From an uncultured Verrucomicrobiae bacterium (GTDB lineage: Bacteria; Verrucomicrobiota; Verrucomicrobiia; Opitutales; JABDGR01), in NCBI GenBank assembly GCA_963765205.1, contig CAVXVB010000002.1:32001-96000 (forward strand): a stretch of DNA of 64,000 nucleotides, read 5' to 3'. Position numbers and translations under genes: made by a program. Below are positions 41,732 to 51,294 of the stretch, one piece after another (the first letter of the stretch is position 1; each line of letters starts with the position of its first letter). The notes below the pieces were generated by a model, which made no database searches, was not told the DNA's origin, and worked only from the letters and a program-made list of their open reading frames with translations.

Positions 41732-44128
41732 TTAAGGTTTCAGGGCGGCGGAAGGGGGTGCAACCGGGGCGGCTGCGATGGGGGCGGCTGCGACAGCCGC
41801 CGTCCCCGCCTCCGGTTGATCTTGCACGTTTTTGCCCAGGCGCTCCAAGTAGGCGATGACGGCGACGATTTCCCGGTCCGGATCGGTGTAGAGGTCTTTA
41901 CCAGGCTTCTTGAGTTCGTCGGCGATGCCTTGGGCCTGCTCCTTGGCCTGGCGGTCAATTTCCGCCGGCGTGAGCGTCAACGGGTAGGGTACACCCAACG
42001 TGCGCAAGGCGTTGATTTTTGACGGGAGCGAGGCGTAGTCGGTGTCGTCATTATACAGCCAGGTGTAGCGCGGCATGATCGAGCCGGGTGAGGTGGAGCG
42101 CGGGTCGGCCAGATGGAGGAAGTGCCAGTCCACGGAGCGTGCCCCGCCTTCGCGGGCCAAGTCGGGGCCATTACGTTTTGAGCCCCACTGGAACGGGTGG
42201 TCATAAATGCTTTCGCCGAGGCGGGAATAATCGCCGTAACGCATCACGTCCGGCAGGAGCGTGCGAATCATCTGCGAATGGCAGAGGTAGCAACCTTCGC
42301 GGATGTAGATGTCACGGCCGGCGAGTTCAAGCGGGGTAAAAGGCGTTTCAATGCGGCCTTCCAGATTTTTGTCGGTGTCGAGCGTGACGGTGGGCAAAAT
42401 TTCAATTGTGCCGCCAATGGCCACCGCGATAAAAGTCAGCACGCCGAACGAGAGTGAGCTGCGGATCAGCCGGTCATACCACTGGCTCCAGGTGGCACCG
42501 GACAATTCGAAGTGAACAATGGCCAGGGCCGTCCATACCGTGAGGCTGACCAAACCGGCGATGCTCCAGAAGCCGCCGCCCAGCAGCCACAGCGCGAAGC
42601 TGACGATGATGGCAAAGCAATAAACCACCGGCGCGTTGAGGAACGTCCCCCCAAAGCTGAGGCGCGCGACCGCCGCGACTGTGGGAATTTGAATGGTGCC
42701 GTTGACCGGCTGGCCGGAGCGCGCGGTGTGCCAGATATTATAGACCAACATGAAAAACCCGCCTAGGTAGAGCGTGCCTCCGACCAAGCGCGTGGCGAGC
42801 ATCGGATGGATGGCCTGGACTGTTTCGAGAAACTGATTTTTCAGCGCCAGGCCGTCCGGGGTGAGCTGGTTGAGCATCAGCCCCTGCGTGATGCCGCTCA
42901 CCCACATTGAGCCGACGTAGAGCAGGATGCCGACCATCCCGATCCAAAAGTGCAGGTTGGCCAGGCTGGTCGAATAGAGCTTGGTGTTCCACAGGCGCGG
43001 AGCTAGCCAGTAGAACATGCCTGCGGCCATAAAGCCGTTCCAACCGAGCGTGCCGCCATGCACATGTGCGATCACCCAATCCGTATAGTGAGCAAGCGCG
43101 TTGACCGACGGAATGGCCAGCAGCGGGCCTTCGAAGGTGGACATTCCATAGAATGTCACACCGGCGGCGAAAAATTTTAAGACGGGATCTATGCGGACCT
43201 TGTCCCACGCGCCGCGCAAGGTGAGCAAGCCGTTCAACATGCCGCCCCAGCTCGGTGCCCAGAGCATCAGGCTAAAGATCATGCCAAGCGTTTGGAGCCA
43301 GGCGGGCAGCGCGGAGTTGAGCAGGTGGTGCGGCCCGGCCCAGATGTAAACAAACACCAGCGACCAGAAGTGGACCACGCTAAGGCGGTAGGAATACACC
43401 GGCCGCTCCGCCGCCTTGGGCAGGTAATAATACATGATGCCCAACACCGGCGTGGTCAAGAAGAAGGCCACCGCGTTGTGCCCATACCACCATTCGACAA
43501 GGGCGTCCTGCACCCCGCCAAACACCGGGTAGCTCTGCAGCATGCTGGTGGGAAGCGAGAGGTGGTTGATGACGTAAAGCATCGCCACCGTGATGATGGT
43601 CGCGATGTAGAACCAGAGGGCCACATAGAGCGTCGGCTCATTCCGCCGCGCCAGCGTCCAGAAAAAATTCACCGCAAAGATTATCCAGATGAGCGCGACG
43701 GCGATGTTGATGGGCCAGATCAACTCGGCGTATTCCTTGCCGCGGGTCAGCCCCAGCGGCAGGGTGATGGCCGCGGCCACAATGATGAGCTGCCAGCCCC
43801 AGAAGTGAATCCACGACAGCGTCTTCGAGGCCAGGCGGCATTTGCACAACCGCTGGGTTGAGTAATAGATGCCCGCGAAAATCATGTTGCCCACGAATGC
43901 GAAGATCGCGCCATTGGTGTGCAGGGGGCGGATGCGACCGAAGGTGATCTCCGCGATGTTGAGATTCACCTGCCAAAAATTGAGCTCGGCGGCGATAAGC
44001 ACGCCGATGGCCATCGCGACGATGGACCAGAAGATGGACGCGCACATGAACCACCGCACGATGCGATCGTCGAATTCAATCGTCGTGAGGCGGGCGCCGG
44101 ATGATGAGGGTTGGGTGGAATCAGTCAT
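41732..44128 (-). CDS. ccoN: Fused cbb3 cytochrome c oxidase subunits I/II (CcoNO)
   Basis: FGRIRPLHTN, WWYGHNAVAF, WAGPHHL and HVH, then GRDIYIREGCYLCHSQMIR, WGSKRNGPDLAR and SIMP. Confidence 0.97.
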   Translation of the reverse strand: MTDSTQPSSSGARLTTIEFDDRIVRWFMCASIFWSIVAMAIGVLIAAELNFWQVNLNIAEITFGRIRPLHTNGAIFAFVGNMIFAGIYYSTQRLCKCRLASKTLSWIHFWGWQLIIVAAAITLPLGLTRGKEYAELIWPINIAVALIWIIFAVNFFWTLARRNEPTLYVALWFYIATIITVAMLYVINHLSLPTSMLQSYPVFGGVQDALVEWWYGHNAVAFFLTTPVLGIMYYYLPKAAERPVYSYRLSVVHFWSLVFVYIWAGPHHLLNSALPAWLQTLGMIFSLMLWAPSWGGMLNGLLTLRGAWDKVRIDPVLKFFAAGVTFYGMSTFEGPLLAIPSVNALAHYTDWVIAHVHGGTLGWNGFMAAGMFYWLAPRLWNTKLYSTSLANLHFWIGMVGILLYVGSMWVSGITQGLMLNQLTPDGLALKNQFLETVQAIHPMLATRLVGGTLYLGGFFMLVYNIWHTARSGQPVNGTIQIPTVAAVARLSFGGTFLNAPVVYCFAIIVSFALWLLGGGFWSIAGLVSLTVWTALAIVHFELSGATWSQWYDRLIRSSLSFGVLTFIAVAIGGTIEILPTVTLDTDKNLEGRIETPFTPLELAGRDIYIREGCYLCHSQMIRTLLPDVMRYGDYSRLGESIYDHPFQWGSKRNGPDLAREGGARSVDWHFLHLADPRSTSPGSIMPRYTWLYNDDTDYASLPSKINALRTLGVPYPLTLTPAEIDRQAKEQAQGIADELKKPGKDLYTDPDREIVAVIAYLERLGKNVQDQPEAGTAAVAAAPIAAAPVAPPSAALKP

Positions 44129-44153
44129 GGTGGAATAAGGAAAAATGCTGGAT

Positions 44154-44339
44154 TTAACGGGTGGTAGGCGGGCTGGGCGGCCGCTGGCGCGCGGGCACGG
44201 GCGTTTCGTCCTCGAGTGGCAGGAGGGACGCTCGCTCGGCGCTGGCAAACGGATGGGAGCGCCAGTCGCGCAGGAACAGCCACGCGAACATCCCGGCGAG
44301 CAGCATGCTCAGGAACATGGTTAGGAAAAGGACTTGCAT
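44154..44339 (-). CDS. ccoS: CcoS-like cbb3 assembly protein
   Basis: Short N-terminal TM followed by ERASLLPLED, first gene of the cluster. Confidence 0.7.
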   Translation of the reverse strand: MQVLFLTMFLSMLLAGMFAWLFLRDWRSHPFASAERASLLPLEDETPVPARQRPPSPPTTR

Positions 44340-44914
44340 GATGGTGATGGGTGAATTTTTTTATCGTTTAAAATAACCACGTATTAAACAGGCAGTCCGA
44401 AGCTTAATTGGCTCGTTTAGCCAGGGACTAACCCTGGTGGTTTTTGGCTCCAAAGCCGATCGGGTCTGGCTCCGAGCACAGGCCGGGCGGAGGACAGCGC
44501 CAAGCGCCGGCCAGACGCCGCCTCCGCCGGCCTCTCCTCATTCCGGGCCGGAGTCCAGGGTCAGACGCAGCCCGGAGACTCGGAATTTTTCCGGCCCGCG
44601 TATAGCACGCGCGGCCAAGGGCACTGGTAACCTGGCTGCCGAAGCAGCCAATGGAAATGGATGGAGTGGGAGCATCTTGAGGACTTCATGGCTCCGGCGG
44701 ACACGTGGTGGATGGTTTCCCGCGATCGCCGGCTCGCCGCGGGTTGCCATGGGGTAATTCGGCCAAACACCTGAAACCGCGGCCCGCGCAAAACACCACT
44801 CCGCCCTTATTGGATGGCGGCTGCATTTGTCAGGCTTCAAGTTCCGGCGCTTCATATATCCGCAGCATAGCGGATTTTTTATAATCAGGAAATTGGGGGT
44901 GCTGCCGTAATTCG

Positions 44915-44972
44915 CTAAGAAAAATTCTTAGACGGCCCGGCCAAAAAAAACCCGCCTAAGAAAATTCCTTAG
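44915..44972. promoter_or_regulatory. Pair of 17 bp palindromic operator-like sites
   Basis: CTAAGAAAAATTCTTAG (44915-44931) and CTAAGAAAATTCCTTAG (44956-44972). Confidence 0.6.
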
Positions 44973-45031
44973 TGAATGCAAGGCGCGCCCCCCATTTACG
45001 TTTGGCCGGAATCAGGTAAAATACGACCAGT

Positions 45032-45538
45032 ATGAATACTTCCCTTGAATTTCCAACAGCATGGACGTCCTACCGCGCGGCGAACGAACCATTCACCCTT
45101 TCCATTTTCATCGTGTACAGTGACCAGTCTGCCGCGGCCCGGGCCTTGCAAATGGTGGAATATCTGCGCCGTATATTTAACGGCCAATTGCGACCGCGCC
45201 TGCAGCCATTGCGGTTGAAACAACTGGATGACCCCGCCAAATTTGACCATTCACTCGCCACGGCAGTCACTGCGGATTTGATCATAGTTTCCGTCAACGG
45301 GCCAGGTTTGCCGCCGGAGACTGCGCGACAGTGGATGGCCGATTGCGCTTTCCACCAACGGGCCGGGGCCTCGACCGTGGTGGCGCTGTTAAATGCCAGC
45401 GAAGAAGCCGGCCCAGTGGATTCACCCCGGCTGCGGTTTATCCTGCCTTCTCCACTGGGCGGCCGGCGGGATTCCTGCTCTGCGGGTGCGTTGCAAGAGT
45501 CTTCCGAGATGATTTTTTCCTGTACTGCGGTGGGCTAG
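45032..45538 (+). CDS. Hypothetical protein
   Basis: 168 aa ORF with an alpha/beta pattern (IFIVYSD...ADLIIVS); no firm family. Confidence 0.55.
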   Translation: MNTSLEFPTAWTSYRAANEPFTLSIFIVYSDQSAAARALQMVEYLRRIFNGQLRPRLQPLRLKQLDDPAKFDHSLATAVTADLIIVSVNGPGLPPETARQWMADCAFHQRAGASTVVALLNASEEAGPVDSPRLRFILPSPLGGRRDSCSAGALQESSEMIFSCTAVG

Positions 45539-45562
45539 TGAAACGGCCGCGGCTCGTTGTAT

Positions 45563-45598
45563 AAAAGAGCGCCCCCACGGGGAATCGAACCCCGATTT
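45563..45598 (+). repeat. att core duplication (3' end of tRNA-Glu)
   Basis: AAAAGAGCGCCCCCACGGGGAATCGAACCCCGATTT, identical to 52363-52398. Confidence 0.97.
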
Positions 45599-45669
45599 CT
45601 ATACCGCAGGGGTAGGGATTGGTAACTCCCTCTGGATTGGACACTAACAAACGCTGTTGACAGCATTTG

Positions 45670-45690
45670 CTTGTTATAGTTTGCTATAGT
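45670..45690 (+). promoter_or_regulatory. Putative integrase arm-type sites overlapping the int promoter
   Basis: CTTGTTATAGTTTGCTATAGT, identical to 52306-52326; each 10-mer contains TGnTATAGT (extended -10 like). Confidence 0.75.
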
Positions 45691-45691
45691 C

Positions 45692-46867
45692 ATGGCAAGC
45701 ATCTACAAACAACCGGGTTCGCGTTTCTGGTTTGCGCGCTATCGGCTGCCCGATGGCAAGTGGACTGCGAAGACAACCAAACAAAAAGACCGGGGCGCGG
45801 CGCTACGCACGGCCTATGAGTTAGAGGGGCTGGGAGCATCGGCAGTGGAGTTATCGCCTGTTGGCGCGGCCTTGGCGCGCAACGTGCGCGAGATTTACGA
45901 GCGCGCCACCCGGCAAAAGGTGGAAGCCGTCACTGTGGGCGATTTCCTGCGCCAGTGGGTTGCTCGCATCGAAGCCACAAAATCTGCCAACACCGGGAGC
46001 CGATACAAGCAAATTGTGGACTTGCTGCTTGCCTACCTGGGGCCGCAAGGCGAGCGCCGCAACCTTGCCAGCCTCACCCCGACTATTTTGCAAGGCTTCA
46101 TTGACAGCCAATCCGCCACCGGCAAGGGCGCGCACACTGTCGCGCTGGCCGGAAAAATCCTATCCATCGCCCTAAAGTCCGCCGTGCGCGCGGGCTTGTT
46201 AGAGCGCAACCCCGCCGGACAGCTTGACCTGCCCGCCTTTGCGATGAAAGAGCGCGAAGAATTCAGCGCCGCTGAATTGGAATCCCTACTGGCAGAAGCA
46301 CGCGGCACGGAATGGGAAACCGCCGTCCTGTTGGGCGCGTATTGCGGCGCGCGGCTGGGCGATGCCACTTCTATGCGTTGGGAAAACGTTGACCTGGCCG
46401 GGGCCAAAGTAACCTTCACCCCGCAAAAAACCTCCCGGCGGGGCAACAAGGTGGAATTGCCGATACCCCCGCGCGTGCTCGCGCACTTGGAAGGCTTGGC
46501 GGGCCGCGAGGATGCCCAGCACAACGAATTTATCACGCCGGGCTTGGCCGCGCGGGGGATTGGTGGCCGCACCGGGTTAAGCCTTAGCTTCCGCGCCCTC
46601 ATGCGCCGCAGCGGCGTTTCGGGCAAAACCACCGCCAGAGCCAAGGACAGCGCCGCCCGTTCGTTCAGCACAAAATCGTTTCACTCGCTTAGGCATTTTT
46701 TCATTGCCAATATGCACCGTGGGGGAGCCGACGCGGAAACCGCCCAAGCGGGCGCGGGCCACAGTGACGCAAAAGTGCATGAGCGTTACGATCACGACAA
46801 GCGCGACCGCGTGGCGCGCAATCTAAAAGCCGCCGTGGAGAATATCCCCGGCGCGAAAGGGAAATGA
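45692..46867 (+). CDS. Tyrosine recombinase/integrase
   Basis: N-terminal arm-binding-like MASIYKQPGSRFW; catalytic GARLGD, K, FHSLRH, AGHS and RY. Confidence 0.95.
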   Translation: MASIYKQPGSRFWFARYRLPDGKWTAKTTKQKDRGAALRTAYELEGLGASAVELSPVGAALARNVREIYERATRQKVEAVTVGDFLRQWVARIEATKSANTGSRYKQIVDLLLAYLGPQGERRNLASLTPTILQGFIDSQSATGKGAHTVALAGKILSIALKSAVRAGLLERNPAGQLDLPAFAMKEREEFSAAELESLLAEARGTEWETAVLLGAYCGARLGDATSMRWENVDLAGAKVTFTPQKTSRRGNKVELPIPPRVLAHLEGLAGREDAQHNEFITPGLAARGIGGRTGLSLSFRALMRRSGVSGKTTARAKDSAARSFSTKSFHSLRHFFIANMHRGGADAETAQAGAGHSDAKVHERYDHDKRDRVARNLKAAVENIPGAKGK

Positions 46868-47763
46868 TTTCACCCATGAAAGACACTCCCGAAAAAATCA
46901 CTTTGCCGCCAATTCCGCCGGGGGCTGGGTTGGTTTACCAACGGTTCTCCTTTGTCAAACCAGCGCCGCCAACGCCAGAACCAGCGCCGCCAGAGCCAGA
47001 CTATCCGGCAGGATGGCCCTGGGAACTTATGGCGGACAGAGAAAAGCGGATGCCGGATTGGAAGATGCGGGCGGACGCCGAAAAGGCCGATTTCACTGAT
47101 GGGGTTGCTAAGGGATGCGTGACCGCACTTCACCAAGGAGCCCGCAAAGGCAACATAATTGCCACTATTCATCTGCTCGAATTAAGCCGGGATATTTGTG
47201 AGCGGCTCGCGTCTCTGGCAGCCGATTCTGGCTTACACGCTCAATTGCGTTCTTTGGCTTGTCTTTACCCAACCTTTCCAGTTTTGGTGGGGCGCAATAG
47301 TCTTAACAAGGGCCGTGAGAAAAATCTTTTAGAAAGTCTGCACGTCGGCGAATCTGTCCCTTTCAGCAACCCTTACCGAAAGCGCCCAGGGAGGCGAGTC
47401 AGTTTTTCAAAAAATATCGTAAACCAATGGGCGAGGCTGATTCTCAATCATATTTTATTTTATCATCAATTTCTCGCGCTGGGTGGAAAGCTGGATAAAC
47501 CGTGGCCCGCTTGGCTAACAGCGGCAATGCCGATTCCTCCGCTGAATGAGAGCACGGCCAAGGATTGGCTAGAGATTGCGTGGGCTTTAATCATGGAAGA
47601 AACCGGCCAGCACCCCGAGGACATTGACTGGTTAAGAGAAATTGGCGAAAAGCGCGGACGCAAAGCAAAGGGAACACCGGCCAGCAAAAACAAAGCGATT
47701 CGCCGGGGCCTAAAGGAGACATTGGGCGAAGCCATTGAACGCCTTGCGCGGATTGCTGGATAA
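46864..47763 (+). CDS. Hypothetical protein coupled to the integrase
   Basis: 299 aa ORF with ATGA overlap on the int stop; AT-richer core. Confidence 0.7.
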   Translation: MISPMKDTPEKITLPPIPPGAGLVYQRFSFVKPAPPTPEPAPPEPDYPAGWPWELMADREKRMPDWKMRADAEKADFTDGVAKGCVTALHQGARKGNIIATIHLLELSRDICERLASLAADSGLHAQLRSLACLYPTFPVLVGRNSLNKGREKNLLESLHVGESVPFSNPYRKRPGRRVSFSKNIVNQWARLILNHILFYHQFLALGGKLDKPWPAWLTAAMPIPPLNESTAKDWLEIAWALIMEETGQHPEDIDWLREIGEKRGRKAKGTPASKNKAIRRGLKETLGEAIERLARIAG

Positions 47764-47842
47764 AAAACTCCCGAGTTTATTTTAATAAAGTAGGTAAAAA
47801 GTTTCGTCAATTCAGTGGCGGAGATAGGTGTATAAAGTGGGC

Positions 47843-48148
47843 ATGAGCAAATCATCTCTGCCCGCACGCGACGGCGGTTTTACAACAGTCGCGCCAATCG
47901 TGGCCGCGCCCGTGGCCACTATCGCCCCGGAATTTTTACGACTCCCGACGGGGCGCAATGTCGAGCCGTTAAGCGGCCTCCGCAGAAGCCAGCTTTATAA
48001 CCTGATTGCCGAGCGGAAAATCCAAGCGATTTCCCTACGCCCCAGAGGCAAGGCGCGCGGAACCCGGCTGCTTGTCGCGCAATCAGTCAGAAATTATTTG
48101 CACGGCCTCGCCATTGAACAGAACCCGCCGCAGACTATCACACAATAA
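47843..48148 (+). CDS. AlpA/excisionase-like DNA-binding protein
   Basis: EFLRLP...LSGLRRSQLYNLI...R...SV..YL MerR-like wHTH pattern; upstream of the replication genes. Confidence 0.75.
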   Translation: MSKSSLPARDGGFTTVAPIVAAPVATIAPEFLRLPTGRNVEPLSGLRRSQLYNLIAERKIQAISLRPRGKARGTRLLVAQSVRNYLHGLAIEQNPPQTITQ

Positions 48149-48238
48149 CCACTAACCTATTTGCCCACCACCGGGCGAGCGTTGCCAAAACAATGCCCGC
48201 CCCCAGCGTCAACTGGAAGGCGGGCGAAACCAATCACT

Positions 48239-49405
48239 ATGGAAACGATACAAAATACAACGTCACCACGTCAAGACACAACGCCACAATCCAGCGGCGA
48301 TGCTACCAAACCACCACCGCCACCTGACGCAATTTGTGCCGCTGCCGCAGCGCCGGAGAACGCCCCACACACTCCGCCACCGGGAGCGGGTCGCATTATC
48401 CACTTCCCGCCACCGTCAAACTTGCTTGGCTCACTCGATAAGCGCCCCAAAACTGTTTCCTTGGACACGATTAAACGGGCGGTGTTAAACGAGTCCACCT
48501 TTGATGCGTTGGATATTCCCCATCGGCCCGCCTTGCTGGGCGATTGGTTTTTGGCGGGCGATCTGGGGTTTATCTATGCCCCGCGCGGCGGGGGTAAAAC
48601 GTGGATTGCTCTGGCGTTGGCGCGCGCGCTGGCAGAAGGCGGCAAGTGCGGGCCGTGGCAAGCTCACGTTCCCGTCAAATGCCTCTACGTTGACGGCGAA
48701 ATGCCCTTGGATGAAATGCGAAAACGCAACCAGTCCTTGCGCGGCGCTGCCGGGGATAATCTGATTTTTCTTTCCCACCAACGAAACTTTGACGTTGGCG
48801 TGGATAACCTTTGTTTGACTGACCCGGAGTCGCAAAACGCCCTCACAGAGTTTTGCGTCGAGACGGGAATTAAAGTATTATATCTTGACAACCTAAGCAC
48901 GCTGTTTACCCGCGTGGAAGAAAACAAAGCCGATGCCTGGCGGGATTCTGTCGAGGGTTGGCTTTTGAAATTGCGGCGGCACGGTGTTGCCGTGGTCATC
49001 ATCGCCCATGCCGGGCGCAATGGAGAGATGAGGGGAACGAGCAAGCGCGAGGATTGCGCCTTCTGGCAAATCTGTCTTGAACCAATGGAAAAAAGCGGTG
49101 AAGGAGTGCGCTTCACCTCCCGCTTTACTAAAAACCGCAACGCGACGGAAGACCCGCCGCCCCTCAAATGGCACTTCCGCCCCGATAACGGGCGCGTGGT
49201 GATTTCATGGGAAGAAGCCGACGCCTTGCAAATTCTGCGCGCGCATATTGAGGGTGGCTTGGAAACGTGCTCTGAAATCGCCGAGGATATGGGTATTGCC
49301 AAATCCACGGTTTCCAAACTCGCCAAGCAGGCGGAGCGGGCGGGTTGGTTGAAAATCACCGGCACCGGCAACCAGCGCCATTATAAGCTCAAAACCGATG
49401 CCTGA
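48239..49405 (+). CDS. AAA_25/RepA-like helicase with a C-terminal wHTH
   Basis: Walker A APRGGGKT, LYVDGEM, Walker B LYLDNLS, IIAHAG, RGTSKRED and EIAEDMGIAKSTVSK. Confidence 0.88.
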   Translation: METIQNTTSPRQDTTPQSSGDATKPPPPPDAICAAAAAPENAPHTPPPGAGRIIHFPPPSNLLGSLDKRPKTVSLDTIKRAVLNESTFDALDIPHRPALLGDWFLAGDLGFIYAPRGGGKTWIALALARALAEGGKCGPWQAHVPVKCLYVDGEMPLDEMRKRNQSLRGAAGDNLIFLSHQRNFDVGVDNLCLTDPESQNALTEFCVETGIKVLYLDNLSTLFTRVEENKADAWRDSVEGWLLKLRRHGVAVVIIAHAGRNGEMRGTSKREDCAFWQICLEPMEKSGEGVRFTSRFTKNRNATEDPPPLKWHFRPDNGRVVISWEEADALQILRAHIEGGLETCSEIAEDMGIAKSTVSKLAKQAERAGWLKITGTGNQRHYKLKTDA

Positions 49406-49419
49406 CCCGGCTTCCCATC

Positions 49420-49578
49420 GGAAACGGAGCCATGCCATTCGTTTCCTGTTTTCCAAAAGTCATGTTTGCGACTCGTTTCCGCGTTTCCCCTATGAGGAAA
49501 CAAAAAGCGCCCTCTCGTTTCCACTTTCGTTTCCACTCCGTTTCTCGTTCTCCACCTATAGGCAGTAAACAGGAAACG
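49420..49578. repeat. Iteron-like cluster (CGTTTCC/GGAAACG), putative replication origin
   Basis: Seven exact copies in both orientations plus near-copies within about 160 bp between helicase and primase. Confidence 0.7.
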
Positions 49579-49590
49579 AGCATCCCCGCC

Positions 49591-50598
49591 ATGCCCCTAG
49601 ACCTTGCCCGCTTGGAAAACGCCCGCCAGCGCGGCAACCGCCTGACGGCCCGCTGCCCGGCCTGTGCCGAAACCGGGTCCGACCGCAAAGGCGAGCACTT
49701 GGCGATCTTCGCGGATGGCCGGTTTGCCTGCGTTATGAATCCCGGCCCGGCGGGCGAAGTCCACCGCCAGCGCATTTTCGATCTGGCCGGAATCAAAGAG
49801 CACCCCGGCCAGCCCGCCCGCGCCCCCGTCATTGCCCTACAGCGGCCCCAACCCGCCCGGCCAGCCCTTCACCTTCCGCCGTTGCGCCGATTGACCGTGG
49901 GGGAAATGCTCGCCATTATCAAGTTGCGCGGCTGGCCGATGGATGCCGGGTTGGAATTGCTCACGCGACGCGGCTTGCTCTGGCAGGGCAACGTCTTTGA
50001 CGGCGGGGAGCACCACCCCGCTTGGATCGTGACAGATAGTGCCCGCCGCAACGCGCAAGCCCGCCGTCTTGACGGCCAGCCCTGGCAGGGCATCAAAGGC
50101 GCAAAGGCCAAAAGCCTGCCCGGCTCGCAAGCATCCTGGCCGATAGGCGCGCCGGAAATCGGCGCGCGCCCGTTCGTCATGCTTTGCGAAGGCGGCCCTG
50201 ATTTTCTCGCGGCGCTGCTTGTGGCATGGTTTGAAAGCGAGCGCATGGCCGGATTCAGTGTCGAGCACGCGGCCCCGGTTTGCCTGTGCGGCGCGGGTCA
50301 AACGATTCCCCCCGATGCGCTGGATTTCTTCACGGGCAAGCACGTTAGAATTTTCATCCATGCCGACGATGAAGGAAACGCGGCGGCAAAACGCTGGGCC
50401 GCGCAACTTTACCAAGCGCGCGCAAAGAGCGTTGACGGCTTCGACTTCGCCGGACTCACCCGCCCCGACGGCCAGCCCGTCAAAGACCTGGCCGACTTTG
50501 CCAAGTTACTTGACCCGGAAGACCCGCCAGTTGCGCGGGCGCTGGCCGGATTGGCGACGAAGGCAGAGGCGGAGCGGTTCGCGGCGTTATCGTCGTGA
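49591..50598 (+). CDS. Primase-like protein (Zn finger + Toprim)
   Basis: ARCPAC...EHL...FAC zinc-binding motif; CEGGPD, HADDEG and KDLAD Toprim motifs. Confidence 0.8.
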   Translation: MPLDLARLENARQRGNRLTARCPACAETGSDRKGEHLAIFADGRFACVMNPGPAGEVHRQRIFDLAGIKEHPGQPARAPVIALQRPQPARPALHLPPLRRLTVGEMLAIIKLRGWPMDAGLELLTRRGLLWQGNVFDGGEHHPAWIVTDSARRNAQARRLDGQPWQGIKGAKAKSLPGSQASWPIGAPEIGARPFVMLCEGGPDFLAALLVAWFESERMAGFSVEHAAPVCLCGAGQTIPPDALDFFTGKHVRIFIHADDEGNAAAKRWAAQLYQARAKSVDGFDFAGLTRPDGQPVKDLADFAKLLDPEDPPVARALAGLATKAEAERFAALSS

Positions 50599-51294
50599 TT
50601 ATTTCCAAATCATGGTGTATTTTACAATGACGGTTTGCTTCAAAACCTTATTGGACATTACATCGTAACTGAGAAGTTTGCTCGTTTGTTCCTCGATGGC
50701 ATAGGCCGTCAATTTTTTCCCTTGTTTGAGCCAATTGAGAAATTGAGTTTGCGTCGGGCCGGGTTCGGCACCGACTTCCTGATAGCATTTGATCGTTCGT
50801 TTCGCACCCAAAACGGTGATGTAGGAATACGGGTCAGTCGCCACAACCCAAAGAATGCCGCAATCTTGATTATCCACCCAGTCTTTGTGCGAAGCGATGG
50901 TTTTTAACGCGAAATCGTCGCAAATAAAGAGCGTTGGGCTGACCACCTGCGTCACCTGAATGTCCATGAAATCCGCGTTTTCCAACGAGGGCTTGACAAT
51001 GATCGCGCCGGTTTTATCCGTCGTGTAGTAACTTTGGACATCGGCAAAGAGTTCGAGCAATTTATCCCGAGTTTCGACGGCACCGCGCTGGCCCACTTCG
51101 CTTACATAAAATGTTCTTTCCTGAATTTTTGGCTCCGGCGCAGGGGATGGAGCGCCGCTATAATTGACGCCCGCTTGGCTCCCCCCAATGCTGCGCAAGC
51201 CAACCTGTCCGAGCGCCGGTAAAGTGATAAGACTTAATGCTAGGCAAGTCAGGATTTTCATGGAGGAAAAAAGATGGGTAAGTGTCGCCCTCAT
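50599..51294 (-). CDS. Hypothetical exported protein (element cargo)
   Basis: Signal peptide KILTCLALSLITLPALG; ATGA overlap with the terS-like gene. Confidence 0.7.
   Translation of the reverse strand: MRATLTHLFSSMKILTCLALSLITLPALGQVGLRSIGGSQAGVNYSGAPSPAPEPKIQERTFYVSEVGQRGAVETRDKLLELFADVQSYYTTDKTGAIIVKPSLENADFMDIQVTQVVSPTLFICDDFALKTIASHKDWVDNQDCGILWVVATDPYSYITVLGAKRTIKCYQEVGAEPGPTQTQFLNWLKQGKKLTAYAIEEQTSKLLSYDVMSNKVLKQTVIVKYTMIWK

Noticed and set aside
41732..44128. ccoNO fusion and monoheme CcoP as a novelty
   Set aside because: This arrangement is already known in Bacteroidota and Verrucomicrobiota
44340..44440. FNR box upstream of ccoS
   Set aside because: No TTGAT-N4-ATCAA match found by eye
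44437..44855. Short ORFs upstream of the cco cluster
   Set aside because: Overlapping ORFs on both strands with low-information R/P/A-rich sequence and no motif; cannot choose one or support a structured RNA
45563..45598. Possible fourth tRNA gene
   Set aside because: Only the T-arm and 3' acceptor strand are present, so it is the att duplication of tRNA-Glu
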